A stretch of 64,000 bases of DNA from an uncultured Verrucomicrobiae bacterium (GCA_963762565.1 CAVXLD010000007.1:352001-416000); one strand, 5' to 3'; positions 1-10,712 are shown, counted from the first letter of the stretch. Numbers and translations are program-made. Notes: generated by a model from the sequence alone, not told the origin.

Positions 1-496
1 GCCACGTCTGCAGTAACGGCTGCCGCTGGTTATTCGGCCAGGTCTTTACGGATACGGTTTGGTCGATACCGTTGAGGATGAGACCCATCGCTTCGCGATA
101 CAGTTCTTCGCGGACGGTATTGAATGGAATGGAGGTGGCATAATAGGTGCCCACCGAAGCAAAATGGATTTTTAGTTCGCCCGAAAGAAGGATTGAAGTG
201 AGCTCTAGGAACAGGGTGTCGCTAAACTTGGAATTCTCAACTTCGATACCGTCCTCTCCGTCGGTGACCAGTACCCAGCCATCTTCTAGAACCGCTAGGA
301 CCGTCGCCGGCGCGAAAATAGTCACGGGCCAGGCTGGTACCGGGGAGAGGTCATCCAGAGTGGAAAAAAGGGGAGAGTAAATGATTAAGCGAGCCTGCTT
401 GTTAGGTGGGATATTGTCTTTCAGCACGTGACGTAGTGGTTCTGGCAAATCGTCGACCGTCTGAACCTTAGTGGGGAAGTCAGTGTCGATGTTCAT
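1..496 (-). CDS. Hypothetical protein, runs off the left edge (partial)
   Basis: Manual translation: ATG at 496, MNIDTDFPTKVQTVDDLPEPLRHVLKDNIP..., open to position 1. Absent from the ORF track because it has no stop in the window. Confidence 0.7.
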   Translation of the reverse strand, partial: MNIDTDFPTKVQTVDDLPEPLRHVLKDNIPPNKQARLIIYSPLFSTLDDLSPVPAWPVTIFAPATVLAVLEDGWVLVTDGEDGIEVENSKFSDTLFLELTSILLSGELKIHFASVGTYYATSIPFNTVREELYREAMGLILNGIDQTVSVKTWPNNQRQPLLQTW

Positions 497-779
497 GCCT
501 TTTTCTAGCCTCGCACTTAGCCCGCTGCGACACGTCCTTTGGCTATAAGTATCCCTAAATTGTTCAGCGATCTTGGGTTAATAGCTGACTGCTAACCGTC
601 GATCCGTAACGAAACCTTTCACCTTTCACTTCTGACCTTTCACCGTTCCGGTGCCTCCTAGCTTCTAGATTTTAGCTCCTTCTCAGAAGGCCCCACAAAA
701 GAGGGTTAGGATTTGCCAGAAACGGTCTTGGGGTGCTACCGCGAGCTGGGATAGAGTGCCTTGTAGAGGTGAAAAGAAT

Positions 780-1043
780 ATGACCACTATCTTTGCCGAT
801 CCTCAAGACAAGCGAATCCAGAAAAAGGCTTCTTTCGCTGAAGGGTTCACCCATTTTGAATGGATGTACCTCTGTTCATATCGGTGGTTCTTAAAGAGTC
901 TGGCTCGAGCCGCCGAGAGTGGAGACTTTACCAAACTTCAAATCAGCGCCGAAAGAGCCCTGATAGAGGGTCACCTCCGCCGGCCAGATGGGACCTCGAA
1001 TGATGAGTTGACCCTTTGCCACGCTTGTGATTGGTACGAATAG
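780..1043 (+). CDS. Small hypothetical protein
   Basis: ATG at 780 preceded by GAGGTG; 87 aa ending CHACDWYE; no family recognised. Confidence 0.45.
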   Translation: MTTIFADPQDKRIQKKASFAEGFTHFEWMYLCSYRWFLKSLARAAESGDFTKLQISAERALIEGHLRRPDGTSNDELTLCHACDWYE

Positions 1044-1331
1044 CGGCTTGTCGCCTCAAATGGGTTTCACAAAAAGCGACGGCTGACGACCCGTTTTGGC
1101 TACGCAATCTAGTCTCCGCCTCGATCCGCCGATGGTCTTGATAAAGTGCGTCTGGCCGATGATTACGTTGACGGCGTCTGGTTTCTCGACTTTTACGGTG
1201 ATCAAATCCATTCGTCTGAGCGTCGACCTTCGCTAAGTAAAATGCGAGCCATTTTAGATTAAGCCAACTCTTGGTGAGGTTTAGACAATCCTTGCCCTGC
1301 CAGCCACGGGCATAATCCTAAATTCGAGAAT

Positions 1332-3416
1332 ATGATCACACCGTCCTTAGCGACAGACTTTCCTATAGGCGCCAGCATATGGATTGCCTTGATCTGCGCC
1401 TTGTTAGCGCTCGGAGTGGCTTTGTTTTTAGTGAGAATGGTCATCCGATCCTCACCGGGGAACGACAAGATGCGCCGAGTTGCCAGCGCGATCGAAGAAG
1501 GGGCCAAGGCTTACCTGAATAGGCAGCTTCTGTCCGTGGGCATTATTGCTGTTATTATCTTCTTCTTGCTCGGTTTTACCCGGGACTTTTTTACCGCGTT
1601 CGGCTTTGTCATCGGCGCAACCTGTTCTATGGCTGCCGGGTACATCGGGATGCGCGTAGCCGTGATCGCAAACTCGCGGGTAGCCCAGTTAGCCTCTAGC
1701 TCAAAGGAAGGCGCCGCGCGGATGTCTTTCAACGCCGGTGCTGTGACTGGTCTTCTCGTCGTGGGACTTGGTCTACTTTCGGTCGGGATCTTCTTTTTGA
1801 TCGGCGAACAGCTTTTCGGACGGGAAAAAGCGATCTCCAGTTTGGTGGGTTTAGCACTAGGCGCCAGTCTTATTAGCGTGTTTGCTCGTCTAGGAGGCGG
1901 GATCTACACTAAGGCCGCTGACGTTGGTGCGGACCTGGTAGGCAAGCTGGAGAGCAACTGGGAGGAGGATGATCCCAGGAATCCTGCCACCATCGCTGAC
2001 AATGTCGGTGATAACGTGGGAGACTGTGCTGGTATGGCTGCGGACGTGTTTGAAACGTACGCCATTAGTATCATCGGCACCATCCTAGTCGGATTTTTAA
2101 CCTTGGCCGAAACCCCGCAAGCCGTGATTTATCCCTTCTTATTGGCAGGGATATCGGTTCTGACCTCAATTGCTGGTATTTACTATGTTAATAAGAGGCA
2201 CGGAGATCCCGCCCGTCTATTGACTCAGGGGGTCATGGTGAGCAGCGCAATTTCTGCAGTCCTCTACTGGCCGGCCACTGTGATCTTGTTTCCTGCCAGC
2301 TTCAAGATTGGGGGCGAAACGCACACTTCCTTTCAAGTCTATCTCGCGACGTTGATCGGCTTAGCTATGACGGGAGTGATTGTGGCGATTACGAACTACT
2401 ATACGTCCAAAAATTTTGCTCCCGTCAGGGAGATCGCTCAAGCTTCCGAGACGGGGCACGCCACTAACATCATTGCGGGATTAGCCATGGGTCAACGGGC
2501 AACCGCGCTGCCTGTCGTTTTCATCGTGTTGGCTATCATGCTGAGTTACTCGGCTGCCGGTCTGTACGGAGTGGCGGTTGCGGTGACCAGCATGCTCTCC
2601 TCCGCCGGGATTATTATCTCACTGGATTCGTTCGGACCGATTACTGACAATGCCGGCGGTGTGGCGGTCATGAGCGGCATGTCTAAGGAAACCCGTGAGG
2701 TTACCGACAGTTTGGATGCAATTGGGAACACCACGAAAGCGGTGACAAAGGGTTACGCCATTGCTTCTGCCGGACTGGCGGCGTTGGTTCTCTTCGGTTC
2801 TTATGTAGCCGAACTAAAAGCGCATTTCGGATCGGCTGGTGGCAACGGAGTGAATTCGGCTGATTTTTCACTCGGGCGGCCCGAGGTCTTGATTGGACTC
2901 TTTATTGGAGGGCTGCTGCCGTTTCTCTTTAGCTCTTTCAGTATGAAAGCCGTGGGAAACGCAGCAGGGGCTGTGGTGAAGGAAGTGAGGCGTCAACTGG
3001 CCGAGAAACCAGGAATTATAAATGGGACGGAGCAGCCCGAGTACGGTGCGTGTGTCGACATTGTAACCAAAGCTGCGCTCCACGAAATGATCGTACCGGC
3101 GTTGTTACCGGTTATTTTTGTCGTGGTGGCAGCGTTTATGGGGCCTTTGGTCTTGGGAGGTATGCTAATTGGCACGATCGTGACCGGGTTATTTCTGGCG
3201 ATCTCAATGACTTCGGGGGGCGCTGCTTGGGATAATGCGAAGAAGTTTATCGAGGAAGGTAACCTTGGTGGAAAGGGTTCTCCTGCGCATCAGGCGTCAA
3301 TAACTGGCGACACCGTGGGGGATCCGTATAAAGACACCGCGGGTCCAGCGATCAATCCCGTCATTAAGGTCGCTAACATTCTTGCGATCTTGATCATTCC
3401 GATTGTGTTTCGGTAA
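1332..3416 (+). CDS. hppA: Membrane-bound H+-translocating pyrophosphatase, K+-independent type
   Basis: [27 protein letters not shown] and [10 protein letters not shown] motifs; GNTTKA (Lys at the K+-dependence position); many TM helices. Confidence 0.97.
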   Translation: MITPSLATDFPIGASIWIALICALLALGVALFLVRMVIRSSPGNDKMRRVASAIEEGAKAYLNRQLLSVGIIAVIIFFLLGFTRDFFTAFGFVIGATCSMAAGYIGMRVAVIANSRVAQLASSSKEGAARMSFNAGAVTGLLVVGLGLLSVGIFFLIGEQLFGREKAISSLVGLALGASLISVFARLGGGIYTKAADVGADLVGKLESNWEEDDPRNPATIADNVGDNVGDCAGMAADVFETYAISIIGTILVGFLTLAETPQAVIYPFLLAGISVLTSIAGIYYVNKRHGDPARLLTQGVMVSSAISAVLYWPATVILFPASFKIGGETHTSFQVYLATLIGLAMTGVIVAITNYYTSKNFAPVREIAQASETGHATNIIAGLAMGQRATALPVVFIVLAIMLSYSAAGLYGVAVAVTSMLSSAGIIISLDSFGPITDNAGGVAVMSGMSKETREVTDSLDAIGNTTKAVTKGYAIASAGLAALVLFGSYVAELKAHFGSAGGNGVNSADFSLGRPEVLIGLFIGGLLPFLFSSFSMKAVGNAAGAVVKEVRRQLAEKPGIINGTEQPEYGACVDIVTKAALHEMIVPALLPVIFVVVAAFMGPLVLGGMLIGTIVTGLFLAISMTSGGAAWDNAKKFIEEGNLGGKGSPAHQASITGDTVGDPYKDTAGPAINPVIKVANILAILIIPIVFR

Positions 3417-3537
3417 CGCTTGCCAGGCCGAAGCCGGCGGAGCTGGTCTCGATGCCATGGCGGACAGCCCATGGTGAAAGCTCGCCAAACAATGGGGGGT
3501 AATTACCAGCAACCTGGCGAGAGTAACCAAGAATCCT

Positions 3538-3957
3538 ATGAGACGCTTGGCTGCACCATTTCGTCCACCGACAACTCCAATCGGATTACCATTTGTTCAG
3601 CCGGAGACGGTGGCAGCGGCATTATTCTTACGACCCGCCATAGAAGAGCCTAAACCGGCGAGTTCGACGAACGGGCATTACCTACTGGAGATCGAACGTT
3701 TGAATCTCCATTTTGGCAATAAAATGGTTTTCGACAATTTTAATCTACAGGTCGCAGCCGGTGAATGTCTGGTGCTACTTGGGCCTAGCGGCATCGGAAA
3801 AAGCACCTTGCTACGGCTTTTGCTTGGAACGCTTCAACCCGAGAACGGCCGGATCTTGTTTGAAGACGTTGACATCGTCCATCTGGGCCGAGAGAAACTG
3901 AATCGACTGCGAACTAGGATCGGAATGGTTTTTCAATCGTCTGCCCTGATCAGTTAG
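3538..3957 (+). pseudogene. Truncated ABC ATPase (MlaF/Ttg2A-like)
   Basis: Walker A GPSGIGKS and Q-loop RIGMVFQSSALIS, then a stop; no signature or Walker B follows. Confidence 0.75.
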
Positions 3958-4155
3958 TTGTTGAATTTCTTGCCTCAGCCTCCGAAGAGCCTTCCCCCCC
4001 TTTGCTCGTGGAAGTCGGCGCGTAGCTATTATTTTCCCCAAATGGCTCACGCCGGCTTCCCGACGCATTGGCGGTTGACCGTGACCGGCACAAACGCAAG
4101 CCGGCCGGGAATGGCGGCTAACAGCAACTGTTCCGTCGTCGCCGGTAAGATCTGC

Positions 4156-5025
4156 CTATAATTCCCCTTCATTCGGCTGGTGAAAGACTAAGACAGGGCA
4201 GGGCGCATACTTCACGATGCGGTGCGCCTGACAAAACAGGTAGCCAAGAAAACCGGAATGATAACTCGCGGTAACGATCAAGTCCGCCTTCAGCTCCCGT
4301 GCTGCCTGCGTGGTCTGCTCGGCGACATCGCCGATGCGGAATTTGGCTCCACATCGCGGAAAGTTGTGACGCATCTTATCAGCAAAATGGGTCAGCTTTT
4401 GCTTTCGCCAATTGCGTGCTCGCTCGTACGCCTCGAGGCCGTCTTCGGCCGTGAATATTGGAATTGCCTCTGCCGGAAACACATGCAGGAAGGTAACGTA
4501 CGCTCCAAACGGCTTAGCCAATGCCAACGCATAGAAAGCAGTCTGTTCGGAATGGGCGGATAGGTCCACCGGGACAATGATCCTTCGAATATAAACTTTG
4601 CTCTCCTTGATCGATTCCGATTCGGGCTTAGGCTCAGCAGAAGGTGATGGCGCCGAGCTGAACCCTAGCGCCGAGCTTACCCGTGCCGGACCCCGAAACA
4701 CCGGGTTGAAGATAGCTCCAGCGAGCGGGTCAAACGGTCGTACGAGTATAGGAACGCCCGAGACGTCTGAATCAAACGCTGATAATTCTAAAGGCGTGGA
4801 ACACCGGGCACAATAGCCGGGTGCATACGAAACGACGTCTGGGTGCGCCGGGCAGACGTATTTTACGCCTCTACTTGGATCGCTCGTTTTATAACCGGTC
4901 TTCGTCCCGATTTCATGCCGGCACATTTTTGATCGGAAAAATCGCATCGGACCTCGTTTCAAAAGATAAGTATGGCCGATCAAAGCGATCTGATACCCAA
5001 TTCTTGGCGAATCGTTTTCGCCCAT
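4156..5025 (-). CDS. Universal stress protein with an N-terminal heavy-metal-binding-like motif (start uncertain: 5070/5025/4947)
   Basis: USP signatures RRIIVPVDLS...ADLIV...APCPVLV; upstream YVCPAHP-x6-PGYCARC. Confidence 0.75.
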   Translation of the reverse strand: MGENDSPRIGYQIALIGHTYLLKRGPMRFFRSKMCRHEIGTKTGYKTSDPSRGVKYVCPAHPDVVSYAPGYCARCSTPLELSAFDSDVSGVPILVRPFDPLAGAIFNPVFRGPARVSSALGFSSAPSPSAEPKPESESIKESKVYIRRIIVPVDLSAHSEQTAFYALALAKPFGAYVTFLHVFPAEAIPIFTAEDGLEAYERARNWRKQKLTHFADKMRHNFPRCGAKFRIGDVAEQTTQAARELKADLIVTASYHSGFLGYLFCQAHRIVKYAPCPVLVFHQPNEGEL

Positions 5026-5083
5026 TGGCGTGTTCGTGAGGCGCTTCGTTCTCGTCCTCCCAATGAACACCGTGCCGTCCCAT

Positions 5084-5312
5084 GCCCAGGGCCTGGAGGG
5101 GAGCCGCTTTGCAGTGCCGCAGTTCTATCGGATGGCAGCAGGCGGCTCCCGGGAATAACCCAGCGTGTACTTTTACCTGGCGGCCTCTTGTTGCGAAGGG
5201 ATCGATCGGCGCGGCCCATAGAACTGCCCAACCATGGGTCGTTCCCGGGAGCCGCTTGCTGCCAAATCGCAGAGCTGCCCCCTTTCAAAGCGGCTCCCCT
5301 CTAGGCGCTGGG
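5084..5312. repeat. REP-like doublet: ~78-bp imperfect inverted repeat with internal GGAGCCGC...GCGGCTCC palindromes
   Basis: 5084-5161 is the approximate reverse complement of 5236-5312. Confidence 0.8.
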
Positions 5313-5458
5313 CCGCTTCTGCGCGCTGCGTCTTTGCAAAACTGTCGGACCCTTATGTTAACGCCCAGTGACGGCCGCCCCGAGCACCAACCAAGAGTTA
5401 GGACTAGCCAATAGACAGTAAGTCAAAGCAGATCAGGTCAGCGTAAGCTAAGTCACTA

Positions 5459-6097
5459 ATGAACCTTGCCGATATCCGCACCGACTACCGCAGTGGCCGC
5501 TTGCGCCGCGAAGACCTGAAAGAGAATCCAATCGAACAATTTGAGGTTTGGTTGGGACAGGCGTGTCAGGCCGAGGTCACAGAACCGACTGCGATGGGCC
5601 TAGCCACTGCCGGCGCTGACGGACGGCCGCTTCTCCGGACGGTTCTGCTCAAAGGCCTCGACCACCGCGGCTTCATTTTTTTCACGAACCTGGAAAGTCG
5701 CAAGGCTCGCCAAATTCAAGAAAACCCAAGCGTATCACTTCTGTTCCAATGGCTCTCGCTCGCACGCCAAGTTATCGTCACGGGATCTGCGGCGAAGATC
5801 TCGGTTGCCGAATCGCTCAAGTATTTTGCCATCCGGCCACGCGGCAGTCAGCTAGCAGCCTGGGCGTCGAGACAAAGTAGCGCTATTTCCTCGCGCCGGC
5901 TCCTGGAGATGGAATGGGAACATTTAAAACAGAAGTTCGGCGCTGGTCAGATTCCGTTGCCCTCGTTTTGGGGAGGTTACCGGGTTGCACCTCAAACGAT
6001 CGAGTTCTGGCAGGGTGGCCATGATCGCTTGCATGACCGCTTCGAATATCAGCGCTACTCGGACGGTCCCTGGCAAATTGAGCGTTTGGCGCCATGA
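5459..6097 (+). CDS. pdxH: Pyridoxamine 5'-phosphate oxidase
   Basis: RTVLLK, FFTNLESRKA, WGGYRV, IEFWQG...RLHDR, terminal RLAP. Confidence 0.97.
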   Translation: MNLADIRTDYRSGRLRREDLKENPIEQFEVWLGQACQAEVTEPTAMGLATAGADGRPLLRTVLLKGLDHRGFIFFTNLESRKARQIQENPSVSLLFQWLSLARQVIVTGSAAKISVAESLKYFAIRPRGSQLAAWASRQSSAISSRRLLEMEWEHLKQKFGAGQIPLPSFWGGYRVAPQTIEFWQGGHDRLHDRFEYQRYSDGPWQIERLAP

Positions 6098-6118
6098 GAG
6101 GTTAACCACAGACCGAAT

Positions 6119-7870
6119 ATGCAGACCAACGCCCCAACCCGAAATATAATGCGGGACGTTTGGCAGACGGCCAAAGTCTATTGGGAGTCAGAAGAGAAAT
6201 GGTCCGCCTGGGGGCTGCTGGTCGCTATCGTCGCGCTGAACCTCGGAAACGTCTACATTAGCGTGCGTATCAACAATTGGAATAAAGACTTCTATGACGC
6301 GCTCCAGATTTTCAACGGCACCGAGGTGTTTCGGCAACTGGGCATCTTCTGCCTATTAGCTGGTTTCGCCGTCACCATATCTGCCAATGCGCTGTACTTG
6401 AACCAAATGCTGCAGATACGCTGGCGCCACTGGCTCACGCACCGATATGTGGACGGCTGGCTGGCCGACGGTGCTTACTATCGTCTTCGGTTTGGACATG
6501 GAACGGATAACCCGGATCAACGTATCGCCGAGGACGTCCAGCAGTTTGTTACCTATTTTATGACCTTATCGGTTGGACTGCTGACTTCTTTTGTCTCCTT
6601 GGTTTCTTTTCTGGTGATTCTCTGGGAGCTTTCAGGCCCTATGGCGATCCCGCTCGGTCGCTTCGGTATCCTACAGATCCCTGCCTATCTCGTGTGGGTG
6701 GCGTTGCTCACTGCCGGGATCGGAACCTGGCTGGCCATGAAAATTGGCCAACCCTTAGTACCATTGAACTACGCGCGGCAGCGCTTTGAGGGCGATTTTC
6801 GGTTTAGTCTGGCCCATTTACGAGAGAACGCCGAGAGCGTAGCTCTCTACGGCGGTGAGCGGGCAGAATTTCGGCTTTTTAAAGCACGCTTTCGAAATAT
6901 CGTTGAGAACTTCCGCCAGATCATGCAACGGCAGCGGCGCCTCAATTGGTTTACGTTAGGATATGCTCAATTGGCGGTAATAGTTCCGCTTGTGGTGGTC
7001 TCTCCCCGCTACTTCGCACGCCAAGTCGGGCTGGGTGGCTTGATGCAGGTAGCCAATGCCTTCGGCTACGTGCATAACTCGCTTGCTTTCATCATTAACG
7101 CGTATAGCGACATCGCTAACTGGCAGGCGGTGACCCAACGTTTAAGTAATTTCGAAAAGCGACTGCATGAAATTCAGACATCAGCACGTGCTGCCCAGCG
7201 GATTACGATTCAGCGCCAGGGTGCCGGCGTCGCCGTAGACAATCTGGATCTCGACCTGCCTGATGGGACCCCTCTTTTGCGAGATGTTTCCTTCGCCGCG
7301 AAATCCGGCGGCTCCGTCCTAGTCACCGGGCCATCAGGTGCAGGTAAGAGCGTCTTGTTGCGGGCAATTGCCGGAATTTGGCCGTTCGGACGTGGTCAGA
7401 TCCGACTTGGTGAAGGGCGCACACTCTTCATTCCGCAACTTCCCTATTTGCCGCTGGGGACGCTAGCCAACGCGTTACTTTACCCACTCGCCGACGAGAG
7501 CAGTTTTTCGCCGGAACTGCTCAGGGCAGCGCTAAGAGACGTTGGCCTTGGCGCGCTAGCCGGCGAACTAGACAGTGTTGAGAACTGGAGCCAACGCTTG
7601 TCGCAGGCCGAAGTGCAGCAACTCGCATTCGCCCGGGTTCTACTGGCCAAACCAGCCCTTATCTTTCTGGATGACGCGACATCTGCCCTCGATGACTCCT
7701 CAGAATCCCGACTCTACAATTTGTTACGCGCTGCCCCCTGGCGACCCACCATAGTGACGGCTAGCTACAAGAGCGCCTTACTCAAATTCTACGACGAAAT
7801 GTTAGACATATGCTCTTTCTGCCCGTCGCGAGAGCAAATGCCCGCCGACCAAAAACTAGCCCTGCTTTAG
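6119..7870 (+). CDS. Fused ABC transporter permease/ATPase, YddA/Rv1819c (ABCD-like) family, with degenerate NBD motifs
   Basis: DNPDQRIAED, EGDFRFSLAHLRENAESVALY, Walker A GPSGAGKS, LAFARVLL. Confidence 0.9.
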   Translation: MQTNAPTRNIMRDVWQTAKVYWESEEKWSAWGLLVAIVALNLGNVYISVRINNWNKDFYDALQIFNGTEVFRQLGIFCLLAGFAVTISANALYLNQMLQIRWRHWLTHRYVDGWLADGAYYRLRFGHGTDNPDQRIAEDVQQFVTYFMTLSVGLLTSFVSLVSFLVILWELSGPMAIPLGRFGILQIPAYLVWVALLTAGIGTWLAMKIGQPLVPLNYARQRFEGDFRFSLAHLRENAESVALYGGERAEFRLFKARFRNIVENFRQIMQRQRRLNWFTLGYAQLAVIVPLVVVSPRYFARQVGLGGLMQVANAFGYVHNSLAFIINAYSDIANWQAVTQRLSNFEKRLHEIQTSARAAQRITIQRQGAGVAVDNLDLDLPDGTPLLRDVSFAAKSGGSVLVTGPSGAGKSVLLRAIAGIWPFGRGQIRLGEGRTLFIPQLPYLPLGTLANALLYPLADESSFSPELLRAALRDVGLGALAGELDSVENWSQRLSQAEVQQLAFARVLLAKPALIFLDDATSALDDSSESRLYNLLRAAPWRPTIVTASYKSALLKFYDEMLDICSFCPSREQMPADQKLALL

Positions 7871-7927
7871 CTGTATTGGATGTTGTCTGCAAATTAGCTG
7901 CTACGTCTTCACGGGATGCAGCTTAAC

Positions 7928-8114
7928 TTCGTTCTCGTCCTCGTTCTTCGGACTTCGCCAACGTTCCGGTTGTGGAGCGCGCCTCGCTTGCGAGGCCGAC
8001 CCGAGCGGTTGGCAACATAGAGTACAGGCTTCGTCGGACAAGCTGTCCTCGAATCCGGCCGTGCGGGGTGATGATTCATGGGGTACTGGAGCGTGGGAGT
8101 CCTGCGCCAAGTCC
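7928..8114 (-). repeat. Dispersed ~190-bp intergenic repeat, copy 1
   Basis: Reverse complement aligns with 31991-32181 (shared GGCCTCGCAAGCGAGGCGCGCTCCACAACC, GAGGACGAGAACGAAG). Confidence 0.85.
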
Positions 8115-8283
8115 AAATTGTGCCCCCAGCCACAAGGGCTGGGCGATGCCGAAAGGCCAGCAGCAAGGGTCATATTTTATCATCACATTTTTCCCTGACC
8201 AACCCCTGGTTAGTATTCTTCAACGCAAGGTGAGTCAAATGTCACGCTCCGCGGCATGATCTTGGCGAGAAGGAAAGTTTAAG

Positions 8284-8784
8284 ATGAAAACCGTCACTGA
8301 AAAGTTAACCCAAAAAAAAGATTTGTCCGGTCGACCTGCCCCGATACCTCCGTTTAGCTTGAAACGCGTCCTGGCTCCGACGGATTTTTCGCCGAACTCG
8401 GAGAAAGCAGTGAGCTACGCAGTTCAACTAGCAAAACTGGTTGGAGCGAAGCTGACCTTGCTGCACGTGGTGCCTGAACCGTCCGCCCTCGACTATACTA
8501 TGGAAGGAATTCCAACCAAAGAAATTGAGGGATGGAAAAGGGAAGCCAAAAAGCTGCTGGCGGACGAGCTGTCGAGAGCAAAACTCGAATATGAAGATGT
8601 TGATTCAGTCCAGACCACTGCGCTTCACCCGTCTGACGAAATCATAGAGGTCGCAACCCGTCTCGCAGCCGATATAGTGGTGCTGTCGACGCATGGATAC
8701 AAGGGGTGGAAACACATGCTGCTAGGAAGTCACGCCGAAAAGATTTTTAAGGAAGCTCCTTGTCCAGTCCTGGTTGTCCGCTAA
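8284..8784 (+). CDS. Universal stress protein
   Basis: KRVLAPTDFS, STHG...LLGSHAEK, PCPVLVV. Confidence 0.93.
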   Translation: MKTVTEKLTQKKDLSGRPAPIPPFSLKRVLAPTDFSPNSEKAVSYAVQLAKLVGAKLTLLHVVPEPSALDYTMEGIPTKEIEGWKREAKKLLADELSRAKLEYEDVDSVQTTALHPSDEIIEVATRLAADIVVLSTHGYKGWKHMLLGSHAEKIFKEAPCPVLVVR

Positions 8785-9180
8785 TTACTGACCAGCACCG
8801 AGAAAACCGGTCTTTGATAAGCCTAGGCAAATGGCCGCAATAAATGCCAGGATCCATGGAGAAGCGTAAAATGGTAGCTAAATAAAAGGTCCAAGGCGTG
8901 GAGATTTCTTGTGGCTGTCACAATCAAATCGTCCGGTTCACCCCATTCGGAAACGGTGACAATTTAAGTAAGGTCGTTTTTTCAGCTAACAACCGGTCGC
9001 ACCCTTGTCGTGATCACCCATCGGGCCGGAAAAACCTGTTCGGTCTGGATGCGGTGCTGACTCTGTGCGACGGGCGGCTTGTTGCGTGAGACGCGAGACG
9101 CTGGAAAGATTTTAGCCTGGGTTGCTAGGCCCAGACTCCTTCGGCACAACATTCGTGCTTTCTGAACCGCGAAATTTGCG

Positions 9181-9663
9181 CTAGAAACCGGAATCCTCTC
9201 CTTTCGGTTTCAGACTGATGAGGTAAGCGACTAGATCGTTCAACTGGTCGTCGGTAAGCATATCCTTGAAACCCGGCATGTGCAGCGGCGGCGCCGGCCC
9301 ACTCGGATCCAGCTTCGGCTCATCAGGCACACCAATTTTAATCTTCTCGATCAGTTCGGGTTTGGTATAGCCGTCGGCCACCTTGTTAAGCGGGGGAATT
9401 TCCTGTCCCGATTGCGCATTAAAATTATGAACGCCGCCTTTGCCACCCGGACCGTGGCAGGTCTCGCAGCTGAATTCTTGGTAAATCTTTAATCCGCGTT
9501 GCAGCTCAGGACTCAGCGGCGCCGCCGAGGCCGAGGCTTCCGCTCCGGGCGGGACATTTTCTTTTTTCCGGCGTTGAGAATCGAGGTAGCCGGTTGCGAT
9601 AACAGACCCGACGAGAATCAAACCCATAATTCCAACCAGATATTTTTGCGCGTTGATGCTCAT
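9181..9663 (-). CDS. Membrane-anchored monoheme cytochrome c
   Basis: N-terminal TM helix, CETCH, distal MP motif (HMPGF). Confidence 0.88.
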   Translation of the reverse strand: MSINAQKYLVGIMGLILVGSVIATGYLDSQRRKKENVPPGAEASASAAPLSPELQRGLKIYQEFSCETCHGPGGKGGVHNFNAQSGQEIPPLNKVADGYTKPELIEKIKIGVPDEPKLDPSGPAPPLHMPGFKDMLTDDQLNDLVAYLISLKPKGEDSGF

Positions 9664-9677
9664 GCTTAAGTTCCAGT

Positions 9678-10712
9678 TCAACCGACAATCGCCTCCCAAA
9701 GCATGAACACGATCGTCATCAAAAAGCACGATGTCCCGACGATCACCCACAAATGCCTTCGAGGCGCGATTTTTTCCAGCGCGGCATCAATGAACGGCCA
9801 CAGAAACAGGCCGGCTACGAAGATCACACTTCCCCAGATTCCGACGGAGAGTGAGGTTAGCTTCAGCCAGCGATAGGTAGGAAAGAAGTACCACTCCGGA
9901 CGAATATGCCCAGGGGTATTGCCCGGTGTTGCCTGCGCACCGACGGTAGGCGGAAAGAACATAACGAAATTGACCAACGCGATCAGGATGACAAGACCGA
10001 CAATCATTTCCCGTAGCATATGGTCGGGAAAGAACGGATAGGTTTCTTGGCGTGGATCGCTTGGCAGTGGGGCCACTCCGTGCAAACGCACGAGGAGGAC
10101 GTGAGCGACAATCAGCAGCGTCATCATCGTGGGCAGCACACCGATATGGAAATCGTAAAACCTGCTGAGGGTGTTCGGATTTACTTCGGACCCGCCGCGC
10201 AGGAGATAAAGCAGTGGCTCGCCGATCACTGGCACGGCCGCAATCATGTTCGTGCCGATCGTGGTAGCCCAATAGGAGAGCTGGTCATAAACGAGCGAGT
10301 ACCCGGTAAATGCGAACGTCAGGGTGATCATAAAGAGCGCCACACCGAACATCCAGTTCAGCTCCCGCGGATTGCGGTAAGCGCGCGTGAAGAAGACGCG
10401 GATCATGTGCAGCAGCACGGTCACAATCATCAACTGAGAGGCGCCCTGATGGATACCGCGAATAAACCAACCCATGCGCACCTTGAAGGTGATGTTGCTG
10501 ACGCTAGCGTAAGCGTGGCTTGGAGATGGTACGTAGTAAAAAGTTAGTAAAATTCCCGTAACCGCGAGGATGCAGAAGAGTAGGGCCGGCGTTCCGCCCA
10601 GGCAAAAAACCCAGTTTTTCATATGAACGGGCAGCGGTTCGCGCAACGCCTTTCGGACGAGCTCCTGATCCACCGGCACTCGTTCCCCAATCCACCGGAG
10701 CGCACGCTTCAT
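9678..10712 (-). CDS. Cytochrome b of a Rieske/cyt b complex (b6-type, fused to subunit IV)
   Basis: Four heme His (RGIH...LLH; DFH...VAH), PEWY motif, NWVFCLGG; ATG at 10712 overlaps the Rieske stop (ATGA). Confidence 0.95.
   Translation of the reverse strand: MKRALRWIGERVPVDQELVRKALREPLPVHMKNWVFCLGGTPALLFCILAVTGILLTFYYVPSPSHAYASVSNITFKVRMGWFIRGIHQGASQLMIVTVLLHMIRVFFTRAYRNPRELNWMFGVALFMITLTFAFTGYSLVYDQLSYWATTIGTNMIAAVPVIGEPLLYLLRGGSEVNPNTLSRFYDFHIGVLPTMMTLLIVAHVLLVRLHGVAPLPSDPRQETYPFFPDHMLREMIVGLVILIALVNFVMFFPPTVGAQATPGNTPGHIRPEWYFFPTYRWLKLTSLSVGIWGSVIFVAGLFLWPFIDAALEKIAPRRHLWVIVGTSCFLMTIVFMLWEAIVG

Noticed and set aside
4972..5414. Overlapping ~100-110-aa ORFs on both strands
   Set aside because: Produced by the GC-rich palindromic element
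7901..8259. ORFs similar to those at 31814-32252 (FEDSLSDEA...)
   Set aside because: The similarity comes from the dispersed DNA repeat and appears in several frames
8900..8930. FNR-like half sites here and near 63065
   Set aside because: No full TTGAT-N4-ATCAA match upstream of the anaerobic genes
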